DNA of 64,000 bases, taken from positions 62,001 to 126,000 of the forward strand of contig NIVC01001957.1 of the NCBI GenBank assembly GCA_002269645.1, written 5' to 3'. The DNA is from Macrostomum lignano (lineage: Eukaryota). The notes below the pieces were generated by a model that was not told where the DNA came from, made no database searches, and saw nothing but the letters and a program-made list of their open reading frames with translations. The position numbers and the translations under genes are program-made. Below are positions 1 to 10,757 of the stretch, piece by piece. The stretch's first letter is position 1, and each line of letters starts with the position of its first letter.

Positions 1-248
1 GCTCCCTGTTCAAGCAGTTCTTCTGGATTGACGATGTTTACATTACTGGAGTTTTAGCAGCCTCGACGGATGTCCCAATATCCGGGTTCTGGAGAGGTCA
101 CGGATACGCCCCTTTGGTGTCGAGTCGTGCGTCCGAAGCAATAGTTGACTACATTTTTCTAACCGCAGAGCGCAGCGACTTTATTGATGTTGTTCACCAC
201 AAACTGTGGCGTTCCGTACTGCAGCACAGTCTGGATGTGGCGTTGTAA
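1..248 (+). CDS. 3' end (partial) of a GT31 beta-1,3-galactosyltransferase paralog
   Basis: Frame from nt 3 reads SLFKQFFWIDDVYITGVLAASTDVPISGFWRGHGY...LWRSVLQHSLDVAL* (TAA 246-248). By manual alignment 56/81 aa are identical to the C-terminus of the 5436-7088 ORF. Contains the GT31 WIDDVY motif. Confidence 0.9.
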   Translation, partial: SLFKQFFWIDDVYITGVLAASTDVPISGFWRGHGYAPLVSSRASEAIVDYIFLTAERSDFIDVVHHKLWRSVLQHSLDVAL

Positions 249-631
249 AATTCTCCTGCAAGCAGCTTGCGTGCCTCACGAATAAGCACTTTGAATGTCA
301 CTATTGTTCTACGAGCTAAATGCTGTTTTGAGCACGCTTGAGTACACTATCCCTATGCCTTGACTTCGATAGACTCTCCCTCTCGTTCAAACGCACTTGA
401 TGGCAGTTGTTAAGGGCAAGCATTCTTGTTTACTAAAAAATTGCTTTCTAGACTCACCTCAATTATTCGCATTCACATGTACTGTATAGTAGCCACCAGT
501 TTTTGAGCAATGGATTTGAGCAAAATTCAAGTCAAATAGAACTTTTTTGTTTCTCCTCCGTTTTTATTTAACGATGGACTTTTTCGGTAGTTAAAACCTC
601 AAGTCTGTTAAGTTTTGCTTAATGGCGCCCA

Positions 632-1097
632 CGTCTCTTGGTAGGTGCCCCTGTCTCTTGGTAGGTGCCCCTGTCTCTTGGTGGGTGGCCCTGTCTCTTG
701 GTAGGTGCCCCTGTCTCTTGGAGGGCGCCCCTGTCTCTTGGTGGGTGGCCCTGTCTCTTGGAGGGCGCCCCTGTCTCTTGGTGGGTGGCCCTGTCTCTTG
801 GTAGGTGCCCCTGTCTCTTGGTAGGTGCCCCTGTCTCTTGGTGGGTGGCCCTGTCTCTTGGTGAGTGCCCCTGTCTCTTGGTGAGTGCCCCTGTCTCTTG
901 GTGAGTGCCCCTGTCTCTTGGTGAGTGCCCCTGTCTCTTGGTAGGTGCCCCTGTCTCTTGGTGAGTGCCCCTGTCTCTTGGTGAGTGCCCCTGTCTCTTG
1001 GTGAGTGCCCCTGTCTCTTGGTGAGTGCCCCTGTCTCTTGGTGAGTGCCCCTGTCTCTTGGTGAGTGCCCCTGTCTCTTGGTGGACGCCCCTGTCTG
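632..1097. repeat. 20-bp minisatellite (CCCTGTCTCTTGGTGAGTGC), ~23 copies
   Basis: Directly visible tandem array; it explains the repetitive ORFs at 591-1151. Confidence 0.95.
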
Positions 1098-1791
1098 GTG
1101 CGCGCCACTACCCCTACGTCCTAGATGGGTGGATGCCAGACTAAACTTCATTATAAAACTTTCAAATTGAGTTTTTCATTCGCACTTGTTACAAAATTTC
1201 ATTTTTAAATAAATCACAATATGGCTAAGCATGCAGATTCAACATGAGATGCTAATTAGCCAAGTTAAATGCAATTATGGCAGGCTAGAGAGTGCTGCCA
1301 TGTACAATAGATGTACAATAGACATCAGCCGGAACATACATGTATTTGTAAAAAGCATTTTTATTATAATTGGCATTATAAATACACTAATTTTAAACCA
1401 AACTACGCTGTCTATATGGTCAAAAGGAAAATGCTTGGGAAGCTGCATAATTGCATGCTTTAACTGAAAGCTGCGAAATTGGCATTTTATTTTTAATATC
1501 AGTACTCTACGAATGTGCGAGATTTCCAAATGCCATTGTCTGTGCCTTAACCTCATTAACATGCACCGACCTTTTGTGTTCATATTGTTTTTTATTCATT
1601 CTAATCGGGCGGCTCTCAGCTGTCTGACGTTATAGCGTCGTAGAAGAGATTTTACGTCAACAAACCAGAGAAAGCCACAGACAACAAAAATCAATTTGGT
1701 TTTAACTGCGGACAGTTATAAGTACCAGGTAAAGGAAGCCTAAAGTAAAAAATGTAAGCAGTGTCTCCTAGGCTAGAGTAAGTCTAAAGAA

Positions 1792-2277
1792 GTGGCGGTC
1801 GAGGCGCTGTCGTTAGGCGATTGGGTGACGGGCAATGCACAGGCGATGCTTCAGATGCTGACTGACGGGCGCCTAGTCAGACTGGATCAGCATTGTCGAT
1901 TGGATGTGGCGGAGCTCAGAGACTATCTCAGGTACACCGCACTCATTGGCGAGTTGTTAGACCTGGGCTTCGACAAGAGCCGTGTCATGAGATTTGATGA
2001 CGAGTGCCGGCTCAGCCAAGCGTCAGATGGCAAGTGGTAGTCGCACAGCTCGGACCTGAGTCTGGTTGCGGCGTACCTCATGGCTCCCCAGAAGCAGCAA
2101 TCGGGGGGTGGTGCCCAGAAGCGCAGTCAACTGGTTTGCTTCGACTACAACAGGATACGCGGGTGCGAACGCAAGAGCTGTCGGTTCCTGCATCGCTGCC
2201 GAAGATGCGGCCTGGCGCACTCTGAGGCAGCCTTCCACCGCGATGAATCGAGCGGTGAGGAGAAACCGCAACACTGA
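1792..2277 (+). pseudogene. gag-like ORF of the YR retroelement, one in-frame TAG
   Basis: ORFs 1792-2040 and 2080-2277 are in the same frame, separated by TAG at 2038-2040. The C-terminal motif CFDYNRIRGCERKSCRFLHRCRRCGLAH resembles Ngaro-type gag zinc fingers. Confidence 0.7.
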
Positions 2278-2328
2278 CTCGATCGTAGCGCAAATTTTAT
2301 TCCTCCTGTTTTATCCTCTGATCTCAAT

Positions 2329-4097
2329 ATGACCGAGTGGCAGGCGGAGTTGTCCAAGCTGGATCTCCCGCCCGGTCGGATGGCTTTTATCCTTGATGGC
2401 GTTGCTAGTGGCTTTCGCATCACCAATCGTCAGATGTGTGGCAACGAGCTGGTTGAGGTGGCAAACTACCCATCGGTTTTTAAGCACCAAGACAGGGTCG
2501 TGCGTCAGATTGCTAATGAGCTTCGTCTCGGTCGTTATCGTCTCTGTGCTGCTGGTGACAAACCCCGCATAGTCAGTGCCCTTGGTGCGCTGCCGAAGTC
2601 CAACGGTGGCGTTCGATTAATCCATAACTGCAGCCGGCCGCAAGGGAAGTCTGTCAATTTCGCTTACGAAATCGAGCAGAGACTGCGTTTCACCTGTGTC
2701 CAGAACTTCGCTAAGAGGCTTAAGAAGAATTACTTTATGTGCAAGGTCGATCTCAGCGAAGCCTATCGTTCATGTGGGATCCATCCTGACGACCAAAAGT
2801 TTACCGGTTTGAAGTTTCGGCTAGGTAGCGATGCTTGCGACACCTACATGGTGGACACGCGCCTGCCATTTGGTGCGGCTGCTTTCGTTACGGCTTTCTA
2901 TCATCTCAGCGAGGCGGTCAAGTTGATGATGGTGCACCGCGGCTTCGTCAATACTGAGGCCTATCTCGACGATTTTGCCTTTTGCGGTTCGCAAAACGAG
3001 TTCGAGGCCTTCTTTAATGTGTTGACGTCGCTGATGACCAGACTGGGCTTCACCGTGAATTGGACGAAGTGTAAGCGGCCTTCGCAAAGGATGACGTTTC
3101 TCGGTGTGGAGCTCGACACCGTCAAGGGCCTGAAGCGGCTTTCAGACGAAAAGGTGGAGAAAATTTTAGAGCAACTGGACGATGCTGCTGCCACGGATCG
3201 CATCAGCAAGCAAAGTTTACAGCAGATCATCGGCAGGCTGGTGTGGGCTTCGCAGGTGATCGAATGCGGTCGGCCTTTTCTTCAGGACCTGATTTCGCGC
3301 TCTAACAATTTGGCCGTCGGTCAGCAAGATGAGGTGGATGCGGCCCTGCGTAGTCAGCTGCGCTGGTGGAAGTGTGCTCTGCTAGCTCAAAGGTGGAAGA
3401 CACTCTGGTTCAATGGCGATTTCGATGCCGCGATCGAGTCGGACGCCTGCCTGGTGGGCGGCGCAGCCGTGCTGCGGTTGCCGGGGGCGTGAGTGACTGG
3501 CGCTACGTTAATTGGGACCTCGACGCGGATGCTGTCTTTCGGAATCTGCCTATCAATTACAAGGAGGCTGTGATGCCTCTGATGGCGTTGCTGTCGTGGC
3601 GGGACCTCCTGCACAACTGTCGGCTGTGCATCTACTGCGATAATATGGCAGCGTGCTGTATTATCAACAATGGGGTCTCCAAGTGCCCTCTGGTGATGAG
3701 GCTGTTGCAGACGGTGGCGCTGCTTTGCATTCGTCAGAACATTCAGCTGCGTACTTACCATGTGCCAGGGCCGTTTCAAATTTTTGCTGACGCCGCGTCT
3801 CAGCTGCACGAGGGCAGTCAGTTGTTGAATTTTTTGCTGCGCTATTATGGTTCATTGATGCGTCTCGCTAATTGCTCGCTTGCCTGGCACACGCTTTCTG
3901 CTGCCACATTCGCTTTTCTCTGTTTTCAGGTCGCCAGACTGCGCCAGACCACCTCAGCCACCGAGCCCGTGAGCTACTCGGTTCCTCCTACGCGGCCCGC
4001 TCGAAAAGCGCCATCAGTTCACACGTGCGGTCCTGGCGCGCGTACTGCTCAGCCAAGGGACTCGACCCCGCCGCGTGTACTGTGTCCGCGCTGCTAA
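2329..4097 (+). pseudogene. Reverse transcriptase + RNase H (DIRS1-type), one frameshift
   Basis: RT motifs KVDLSEAYR, RLPFG, YLDD, FLGVELDT. RNase H acidic residues SDAC / NYKE / CDN / ADAAS are split by a frameshift near the G-run at ~3482-3490. Confidence 0.88.
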
Positions 4098-4387
4098 ACT
4101 ACCTGGCTGGCCTCACGCACACGCGCCTGCGAGCCTACAGTAGCATTCGCGGTCACGTCAGCTCGCTTTCACTGTGGTTTCGGCTTAACGGCGCTCAGGA
4201 CCTGACAAAGCATACCCTCACCCAGCATCTGCTGCGGGGCTGCAAGCGAGCGCTAGGGCTTCAGGTTAACCAGAAGCTACCGATGTCTCCGTCGGTGCTG
4301 CAAAAGCTTTGGTCTCTGGTGGACAAGGGTGTTGCCACTGCTGCGGCCTCTCTGTGTTTTTCTTCCGCTCTGAGTGCTCATTTTTGA
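3872..4387 (+). pseudogene. Tyrosine recombinase N-terminal (core-binding) domain; catalytic domain eroded
   Basis: SKSAISSHVRSWRAYC...LLNYLAGL...SSIRGHVSSLS...LLRGCKR...KLPMSPSVL is the typical DIRS/Ngaro YR N-terminus. Only fragments (FFFRSE, FAFAAG-like) remain downstream, in other frames. Confidence 0.75.
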
Positions 4388-4569
4388 CGGTGGTCTTCCC
4401 GCTGGTTTGTTTTTTTGCTCAATGCTTAACTGCTGCTCTTAGCCCCCGTTGTGTTTGGCTTTGGAGGCCTGCTTCGTTTCTGTGCCAAGTTCGCGTTTTT
4501 ATGCCTTTGCTGCTGGAAGCACTAATGGCGCAAAGAGGACTATACATTATAGTAAAATGGGTAAAAATA

Positions 4570-4921
4570 AAGGTGCTTTTGCCATAGACAGCAACGGCGG
4601 GTGTGAAATGAAGTCAGTCGGTGGAAACGAAGGTGTTTTGCCATAGACAGTGACGGGGTGTGAAATGAAGTCGGTCAGTGGCAAGGAGTTCTATAAGTAG
4701 CAATCTGGAGTGGAAGCCAGTTTTACCTCATGAGGCCACACCAATTTTAAAAAAAGGAGCCAGCACTGAATGTCTATGGCTCTGTCTGACTCTGTCTACG
4801 CTAGTCTGGCCTCGAGGTAGAGCTGAAAAACTTGTTTCCACTCCAGGTTGCTAATTATAGAACTCCTTGGTCAGTGGAAATGAAGGTGTTTTGCCTTAGA
4901 CAGTGACAGTGGGTGTGAAAG
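4570..4921. repeat. ~60-bp tandem repeat, 3 copies, second copy interrupted by a MITE
   Basis: AAGGTG(C)TTTTGCCATAGACAG...GGTGTGAAA recurs at ~4570, ~4630 and ~4883. Confidence 0.75.
4682..4869. mobile_element. 188-bp MITE with ~39-bp TIRs and 8-bp TSD (hAT-like)
   Basis: CAAGGAGTTCTATAAGTAGCAATCTGGAGTGGAA... is the inverse of ...TTCCACTCCAGGTTGCTAATTATAGAACTCCTTG. A perfect TSD GTCAGTGG lies at 4674-4681 and 4870-4877. Confidence 0.82.
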
Positions 4922-5435
4922 CAGGTAAAAATAAGAGCAGAAGTTCGATTTTTTGCTTACTTCACTTAAAGGCTGCTACGAGCTACTTCAGTCTCTGCTA
5001 TCGCAAACTATTATTCTGAAAGCTCTGGAAAATCAAATGATTTTCCGAAAAACATGAATTGACTGTCTTCAAGCACAAGCCGTAATTAATAAAAATAATC
5101 TCAAAGATAAGACATTTTCTGTCATCATATAAAGGCCAATACTCTCTTTCTTTCTTTAGGTATGAAGAGTTTGAAAAGGTTCTCAAACTCTTCATACCTC
5201 TTGAGAGTGAGAAGACAAACTATGTCACTAGTGGACAACAGTTAGTGAACTCGAGAGGTTTGCACGGTGAACAGAACCCAGCGATTGGCGTGGAGAAACT
5301 CTGTCTGAGAACAATATACAGCAGAGACTAAATTTCTTGCTCACAAGGCGAACCAACATTAATGCCGAGCATAAGGTAGAAAAGCTGTATAAAAAGAGGT
5401 GTAGAAAAAGATTTTCAGTGAGCCGTAGAGCCCAA

Positions 5436-7088
5436 ATGAAGCTTATAAAGAGTGTGTCAGCTATATCTCGGTTCACTATGCTCAACAGTCTGCAGCGATG
5501 TGCAGCTTTACTGCTCCATCTAAGCCTTCGACATTGGAACTTACTTCTTCTGTTAATGATTTCCCTGACCCTGTCGGCGCAGCTGTCATTTGGAAGCAAA
5601 TTATTTCTTGGCCGGCCTAGAAAACAATTCAGCGCTCCAGTCATTGAGACAGAACCATCGTTAAACAAAGGTAAATCATTAAAGAGCATTTCAGCAGGAC
5701 CAAAGCCTGAACTCAGTGGTACCACTAACAAGCCACCGACAAGATTTGATAATTTAAAACCCAAGCCGCCACTAAAAACTACTGGCGAGATGGCAAAAGA
5801 TTTGTTTAAAGAAGCAAGCGCCGATTCCCAACACATAGGTTACTTTTTGGCTGATAGAAAACATTTCATCCTTGAAGATCCATTCGAAGGCCCAGTTGCC
5901 CATGTGAAGTCTCAAAAAGGAAGCAGTAACAATCACAAACAAGTAAAAAATCTCCAAAAAGGTTCATTCATTGATCAGAAAGATCACAAAGAAACTACAA
6001 TATACGAAGGCGTCAATCCAACAAAAGAAACAGAAGCTCAAAAACCGCAGCAAAACAAAACGATTGAGCCACAAACTCTCATGGAGCGAATCGAGCGAGC
6101 GAGCGACTCGCGCCTGTACTCCAAGCTGCTGACTAAACTCAAGTCGCTGGGTTCGGCGGTCACTCAGCAGCAGCTGCAGAGCGCAGCCGGCAAGTGTGGA
6201 GGCCTCCAGAGTCCGGCACTTCGTTACGTGCAAACCTACGACTTTGTGCACATGGCGGATCACCTGTGCACCGCGGGCGACCTGCTGGCGTTGGTGGCGG
6301 TTCACAGCAACGCGAAGAACCTCGGCCGTCGAGCGACCATCCGCAGAACGTGGGGATCGCTCAGGTACGTCGGACGGTACCGCATCGAGGTGGCCTTCTT
6401 TCTCGGCCGGCCAGCGTCGGGAGACTCGGACGAGTCCGGAGCGACCGGAGCACAGCTCGAGGCTCTGCTCGATGCGGAGAGCGACCGGTTCGGCGACATC
6501 GTGCAGCTGAACTACACCGAGAACTACAGGAACATGAGCATCAAGCACCTGGCTGTGTACGAGTGGGTCCTGCGACACTGCCAGTCGGCCAAGTATCTCG
6601 TCAAGGTCGACGACGACACGTTCACGGACGTTGCACACTTGGCGACCTTCCTGAGCCAGGGTGCTCCATCCGGTTTCTACTGCTCCGCCACCCGAGGCGC
6701 CAAGCCGCAGAGATCTCCGTGGCCTTACATGTCAAAATGGTTGGTAAGTTACGACGAGTTTCCCGGCAGTTTCTACCCAACCTACTGCGAGGGCTTCGGC
6801 TACATTCTCAACGCCAAGCACGTCGCCAGCATCTACCTGTGCTCTCTGTTCAAGCAGTTCTTCTGGATTGACGATGTTTACGTGGCCGGAGTTTTAGCAG
6901 CCTCGCTAGACATTCCAATCGTGGGGTTCTGGAGAGGCCACGGATATACAACAATAGTACCCAGCCTTGCTTCTGAGGGCATTGTCAATTACATTTTTCT
7001 GACAGCTTTCGACAGCGCATTTTTCGATTCTCTGTGGGTAAAACTTTGGCAGGCTGTGCTGAAGTACAGTCTGGACGTAAATTTGTAA
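5436..7088 (+). CDS. GT31 family beta-1,3-galactosyltransferase-like, intronless type II membrane protein
   Basis: N-terminal hydrophobic anchor and low-complexity stem, then the GT31 motifs RATIRRTWG, FGDIVQLNYTENYRNMSIK, KVDDDTF, YPTYCEG and WIDDVYVAG. First ATGs at 5436 and 5478. Confidence 0.93.
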   Translation: MKLIKSVSAISRFTMLNSLQRCAALLLHLSLRHWNLLLLLMISLTLSAQLSFGSKLFLGRPRKQFSAPVIETEPSLNKGKSLKSISAGPKPELSGTTNKPPTRFDNLKPKPPLKTTGEMAKDLFKEASADSQHIGYFLADRKHFILEDPFEGPVAHVKSQKGSSNNHKQVKNLQKGSFIDQKDHKETTIYEGVNPTKETEAQKPQQNKTIEPQTLMERIERASDSRLYSKLLTKLKSLGSAVTQQQLQSAAGKCGGLQSPALRYVQTYDFVHMADHLCTAGDLLALVAVHSNAKNLGRRATIRRTWGSLRYVGRYRIEVAFFLGRPASGDSDESGATGAQLEALLDAESDRFGDIVQLNYTENYRNMSIKHLAVYEWVLRHCQSAKYLVKVDDDTFTDVAHLATFLSQGAPSGFYCSATRGAKPQRSPWPYMSKWLVSYDEFPGSFYPTYCEGFGYILNAKHVASIYLCSLFKQFFWIDDVYVAGVLAASLDIPIVGFWRGHGYTTIVPSLASEGIVNYIFLTAFDSAFFDSLWVKLWQAVLKYSLDVNL

Positions 7089-7345
7089 TTTGATTCGTAT
7101 TTGATTTGAATTTGCATTATAAATGTATTCTAAAACTCCTTCGAATCTTTAAACCATTTGTCAAACTTTACGACTCTTTTTGAAGTTCGATTGCAATAAG
7201 AGCTGGATTTTGTAAAACTTTTCAAACTGATCTATCTGATCAAATTTTAAAACAGCAGCGTCTCTTAAGCCACCGAAGCCAAGAGACCATCAATAAACGC
7301 AGACAACACCTTAAAATTACGTATTACATGTACACTTGTAAATGA

Positions 7346-7560
7346 GCAAGACACTTAATTCTGCTTTGCTTCAGTTCACCCAGCTGTAAATTGGGTGCCA
7401 GCATTAGCTGGGGTAATTGAGGGTGTGTGTGGCGACCCCCCAGTCCTTAGACTGAACAGCCGTACGCAGCCTTCAGATGCGCCGCGCAATTATAGCTGCG
7501 GCTGAGCTGTCAGTTGCACATCTGGCCCTATGGGCAGGTGTAATCAATTATTTATTTACA
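7346..7560 (+). mobile_element. SINE copy (5'-truncated), CORE-like central domain
   Basis: GAGCAAGACACTTAA...CACCCAGCTGTAAATTGGG...GGCGACCCCCCAGTCCTTAGACTGAACAGCC is shared with the copies at 10.3, 43.1 and 49.1 kb. AT-rich tail. Confidence 0.8.
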
Positions 7561-7838
7561 TGTACAATTCAGCCAAAGTCGATGTTCAGTAAGTGCCAAT
7601 AGAAACCTAACATGCAGGCGTACAGAAGACCATGCTCACTCGCTTCCAGCGGCTCATCTGCCTCGCTGCTCTGGTGCCTCACGTAGAGAAGGATATCCGG
7701 CGGCGTCATTTCCAGCTGATGAGAGCGTCGGGACCGAGGCCCTGTATTAGAGGACCCAGCCTGTTCACCACTTATGCGGTTGTGCTGACTTCTACCGGCC
7801 TATATAGGCACGGCCACGCCCAAACCCGTCGATACGTG

Positions 7839-8078
7839 GACGCACCCTCATCTGACGCACCCTCATCTGACGCACCCTCATCTGACGCACCCTCATCTGA
7901 CGCACCCTCATCTGACGCACCCTCATCTGACGCACCCTCATCTGACGCACCCTCATCTGACGCACCCTCATCTGACGCACCCTCATCTGACGCACCCTCA
8001 TCTGACGCACCCTCATCTGACGCACCCTCATCTGACGCACCCTCATCTGACGCACCCTCATCTGACGCACCCTCATCT
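7839..8078. repeat. 15-bp minisatellite GACGCACCCTCATCT x16 (perfect)
   Basis: Directly visible. Confidence 0.97.
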
Positions 8079-8666
8079 GACGACCGTTTGATCTTAATTT
8101 TCTGGGTTTCGTCTTTTTTTGCTGTTGTTGTGGTTGTTATTTTCGTCACTTTCGACAATTAGCTTAATTAGCTTTTCCAGTATATAATATTACTCATGCA
8201 TTATAAAAGCGAATATAATAAGGGACTGAGCATCTGTTTACGTAAGACTATCTTGCACGGTGGGCCTATAGCTGCAGTTGCTATCATCAGGCATTGTTTG
8301 ATCAACGTTGAGTCAACATTTGACAAGCTCACCATTGCAGTGTCTAAGCAAGGCATTTCATACATAGTCAGAGTCAAATAGATAGTCCAAATTCTTTTGT
8401 TTACTCATGCCTCGGCAGTTCATAAATTTCATATTTCGCAAGCAGATGCTTGTTGGCAGATTAAGCTGACGGAAATTCGTCGCGTATGCATGCATGCAAT
8501 TTAGATCGCAGAATTTACTAAGTTTTAGCAGCCATTTTATTGTACTTTCTAAGGCCAAAATGGCTGACAGAATTGATAAGTTTTCGGAAAGTGACGTCAT
8601 TTTGAAGATTAGAGGCATCTAGAAGTAATATATTGTTTTAAGTAGCACATGACGAAAACAATTGTT

Positions 8667-10757
8667 TCAGAGACGCCTGCAGATGAAAACTCGACCAGAC
8701 AGACCGTTGTGATAATTATCCATTCGATCGCAGCGCTCGATTTTCCAAATTCCCTCCTGTTGCATGCGCTCCATCTCGGGTTGAAGGTCTCGCAGGTAGT
8801 CGGTCTCCAGGTAGGCCTCTCGCATTGCCATGCAGAACAGACCGTTGGGTTTGAGCGTGCCAGCCAGGACTCGCAGTTGACCAGGGCCCAGATGACCCGG
8901 AACAAATGAACCGGATGTCACTATGGCATCGTAGGCACCTGAAATTCGTTCGGATTCTGCTTGGTAAAATAAAAGTTCACAGAAAGGCTGTAACGCAACG
9001 GCTACAACATGCCCACTCCATACGCACAGGGTTGTCAGGCATGTACACGATCCCTGTGCCTTGGGGATTGGCCTTCATGGGTGCAGATCGCACAACAGTC
9101 CCCCCGATCCAATCAAACTTCCTGCACAAGCCCCAAATGAATATCGTTTACTGCTGATCTTCTCTGCCCCTGCTTGGTTTGCTCTGTTATTTCATGGTGC
9201 GTTTAGAGGACACAAACAACAAAAACCTACAGGCTCACCTTTCTCTACTTTAGTAAGCGGCCCGGTGCCAATCACCTCCTGGAAGATGCAGCTGTAGATG
9301 CCTTTCTGCCTGGCTTTTTCCAGCATGCCCGCACTGCCGTCCAAGGCGTCGATATTGTCGAAGCCGCGCTTCTTCAGCTTAACGATGGTCGTTTGATATC
9401 AGTTTGAGATCAGTTTGAGATCAGTTTGAGATCAGTTTAAGATCAGTTTGAGATCAGTTTGAGATCAGTTTGAGATTAGTTTGAGATCAGTTTGAGATCA
9501 GTTTGAGATCAGTTTAAGATCAGTTTGAGATCAGTTTGAGATCAGTTTGATATCAGTTTGAGATCAGTTTGAGATCAGTTTGAGATCAGTTTGAGATCAG
9601 TTTAAGATCAGTTTGAGATTAGTTTGAAATCAGTTTGAGATCAGTTTGAGTTCAATTTAAAATCAGAAATATAACCGGGATGAATTGGTGAATTGATAGA
9701 TATCACAAAAGACCTAAGAATACAACGGTTTGTTATCTTCTTCACTTCATTTACTTCAGCTCACACGGCTGACGTACAAATGTAACGAAAATATGTTCAA
9801 GCCGTGGGATCATAAAGTTTGGCCTAATTACAAGATACATACAAGAGAAACACAAATACGAGATTTTACTGTTCAGGGTTATTATAGCTGAAATGCCCAA
9901 GAGATTCAAACTTTTGCAGATGGAATGCCTTATATTAGTTCTATCAGCAGGATATTCACAGAACTCCTACCGCAGCTCCGCCAAGTCCGGTGCCAGCGCA
10001 GACGTCGAGAATTCGACAGGTTTTGTCGGGCAGCACTGACGCGGCAATGTCGGCAATGCGCTCCGGATGTTCATATCCGCTGGTCATGTTTAGAAAATTC
10101 TGTTTGCAGTAAAAATATAGATTTATTTTATCAATTATGCTCTTGCCAGAATACAATTTAGAGACATATCTGCAATATATATTATAACCAAACTAAATTT
10201 CTTTCATATTGTGCCAAAGTGTTTTCACAGGTAATTTGATGTCGCACACAAATCAAGTGATAGGAGTGGTCAGAGCGTTGGACTCACGATTGAAAAGTCG
10301 GGGGTTCGATTCTCGAACAGCTCGGAACATTTTATGTCATTTAGCAAGACACTTAGCTCTGCATTGCGGTAAAATTGGCACCAGCATTAGCTGGGACTGG
10401 GGTAATTGAGGGTGCGTTTGGCGACCCCCCCCCCCCCAGTCCTTGGACTGAACAGCCATATGCAGCCTTCATGTTAGGTCAGGTGTAATAAAAATAATTA
10501 TTTATTATCGTTATTAATTTCACTAGATTTATCCCAATTCCGAGCGCTCGAGATAGAGGAAACTTTCGGACTTTCAGGACCTGCAAAGTGTCCTTTTAAG
10601 CGGCATTTGCTGTCTTCAGTGTGCTTACCTTCTCGTACTCATCAGACCAGTCGCTGTAGAGCTCCGATGTCTTCTGGCCACCGTAGTGCATGTTGGTGAA
10701 CTGACTGAGAAATTTTTCCGACTCAGCATCGGCTTCAAGATGGCTGATTGTTGTCAT
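8667..10757 (-). CDS. Class I SAM-dependent methyltransferase (METTL27/WBSCR27-like), 4 exons, ~222 aa
   Basis: Exons 10757-10629, 10099-9971, 9377-9239 and 8938-8667 splice in frame with GT-AG. Motifs YSDWSDEY, ILDVCAGTGLGG, IDALDGSAGML, YDAIVTSGSFVPGH, LKPNG. Confidence 0.88.
9396..9650. repeat. 11-bp minisatellite CAGTTTGAGAT, ~23 copies, in methyltransferase intron 2
   Basis: Array ends about 20 nt from the exon 3 acceptor (minus strand). Confidence 0.95.
10255..10505 (+). mobile_element. tRNA-derived SINE copy (in methyltransferase intron 1, antisense)
   Basis: Pol III A-box-like TAGGAGTGGTCAG and B-box GGTTCGATTC, then the shared CORE-like and 3' domains. Confidence 0.8.

Larger units (their letters stand above)
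1777..4560 (+). mobile_element. Decayed tyrosine-recombinase retrotransposon (DIRS order, Ngaro-like)
   Basis: gag-like ORF with a Cys/His finger, then RT (YLDD), DIRS-type RNase H, and an overlapping YR N-terminal ORF. This order and overlap are typical of DIRS/Ngaro. Terminal repeats were not found. Confidence 0.85.

Noticed and set aside
7715-7745. CTGATGAG as a hammerhead core
   Set aside because: No stem II closing onto GAAA follows.
10260-10325. Functional tRNA gene
   Set aside because: The tRNA-like head runs into the SINE body and lacks a proper acceptor stem and terminator.
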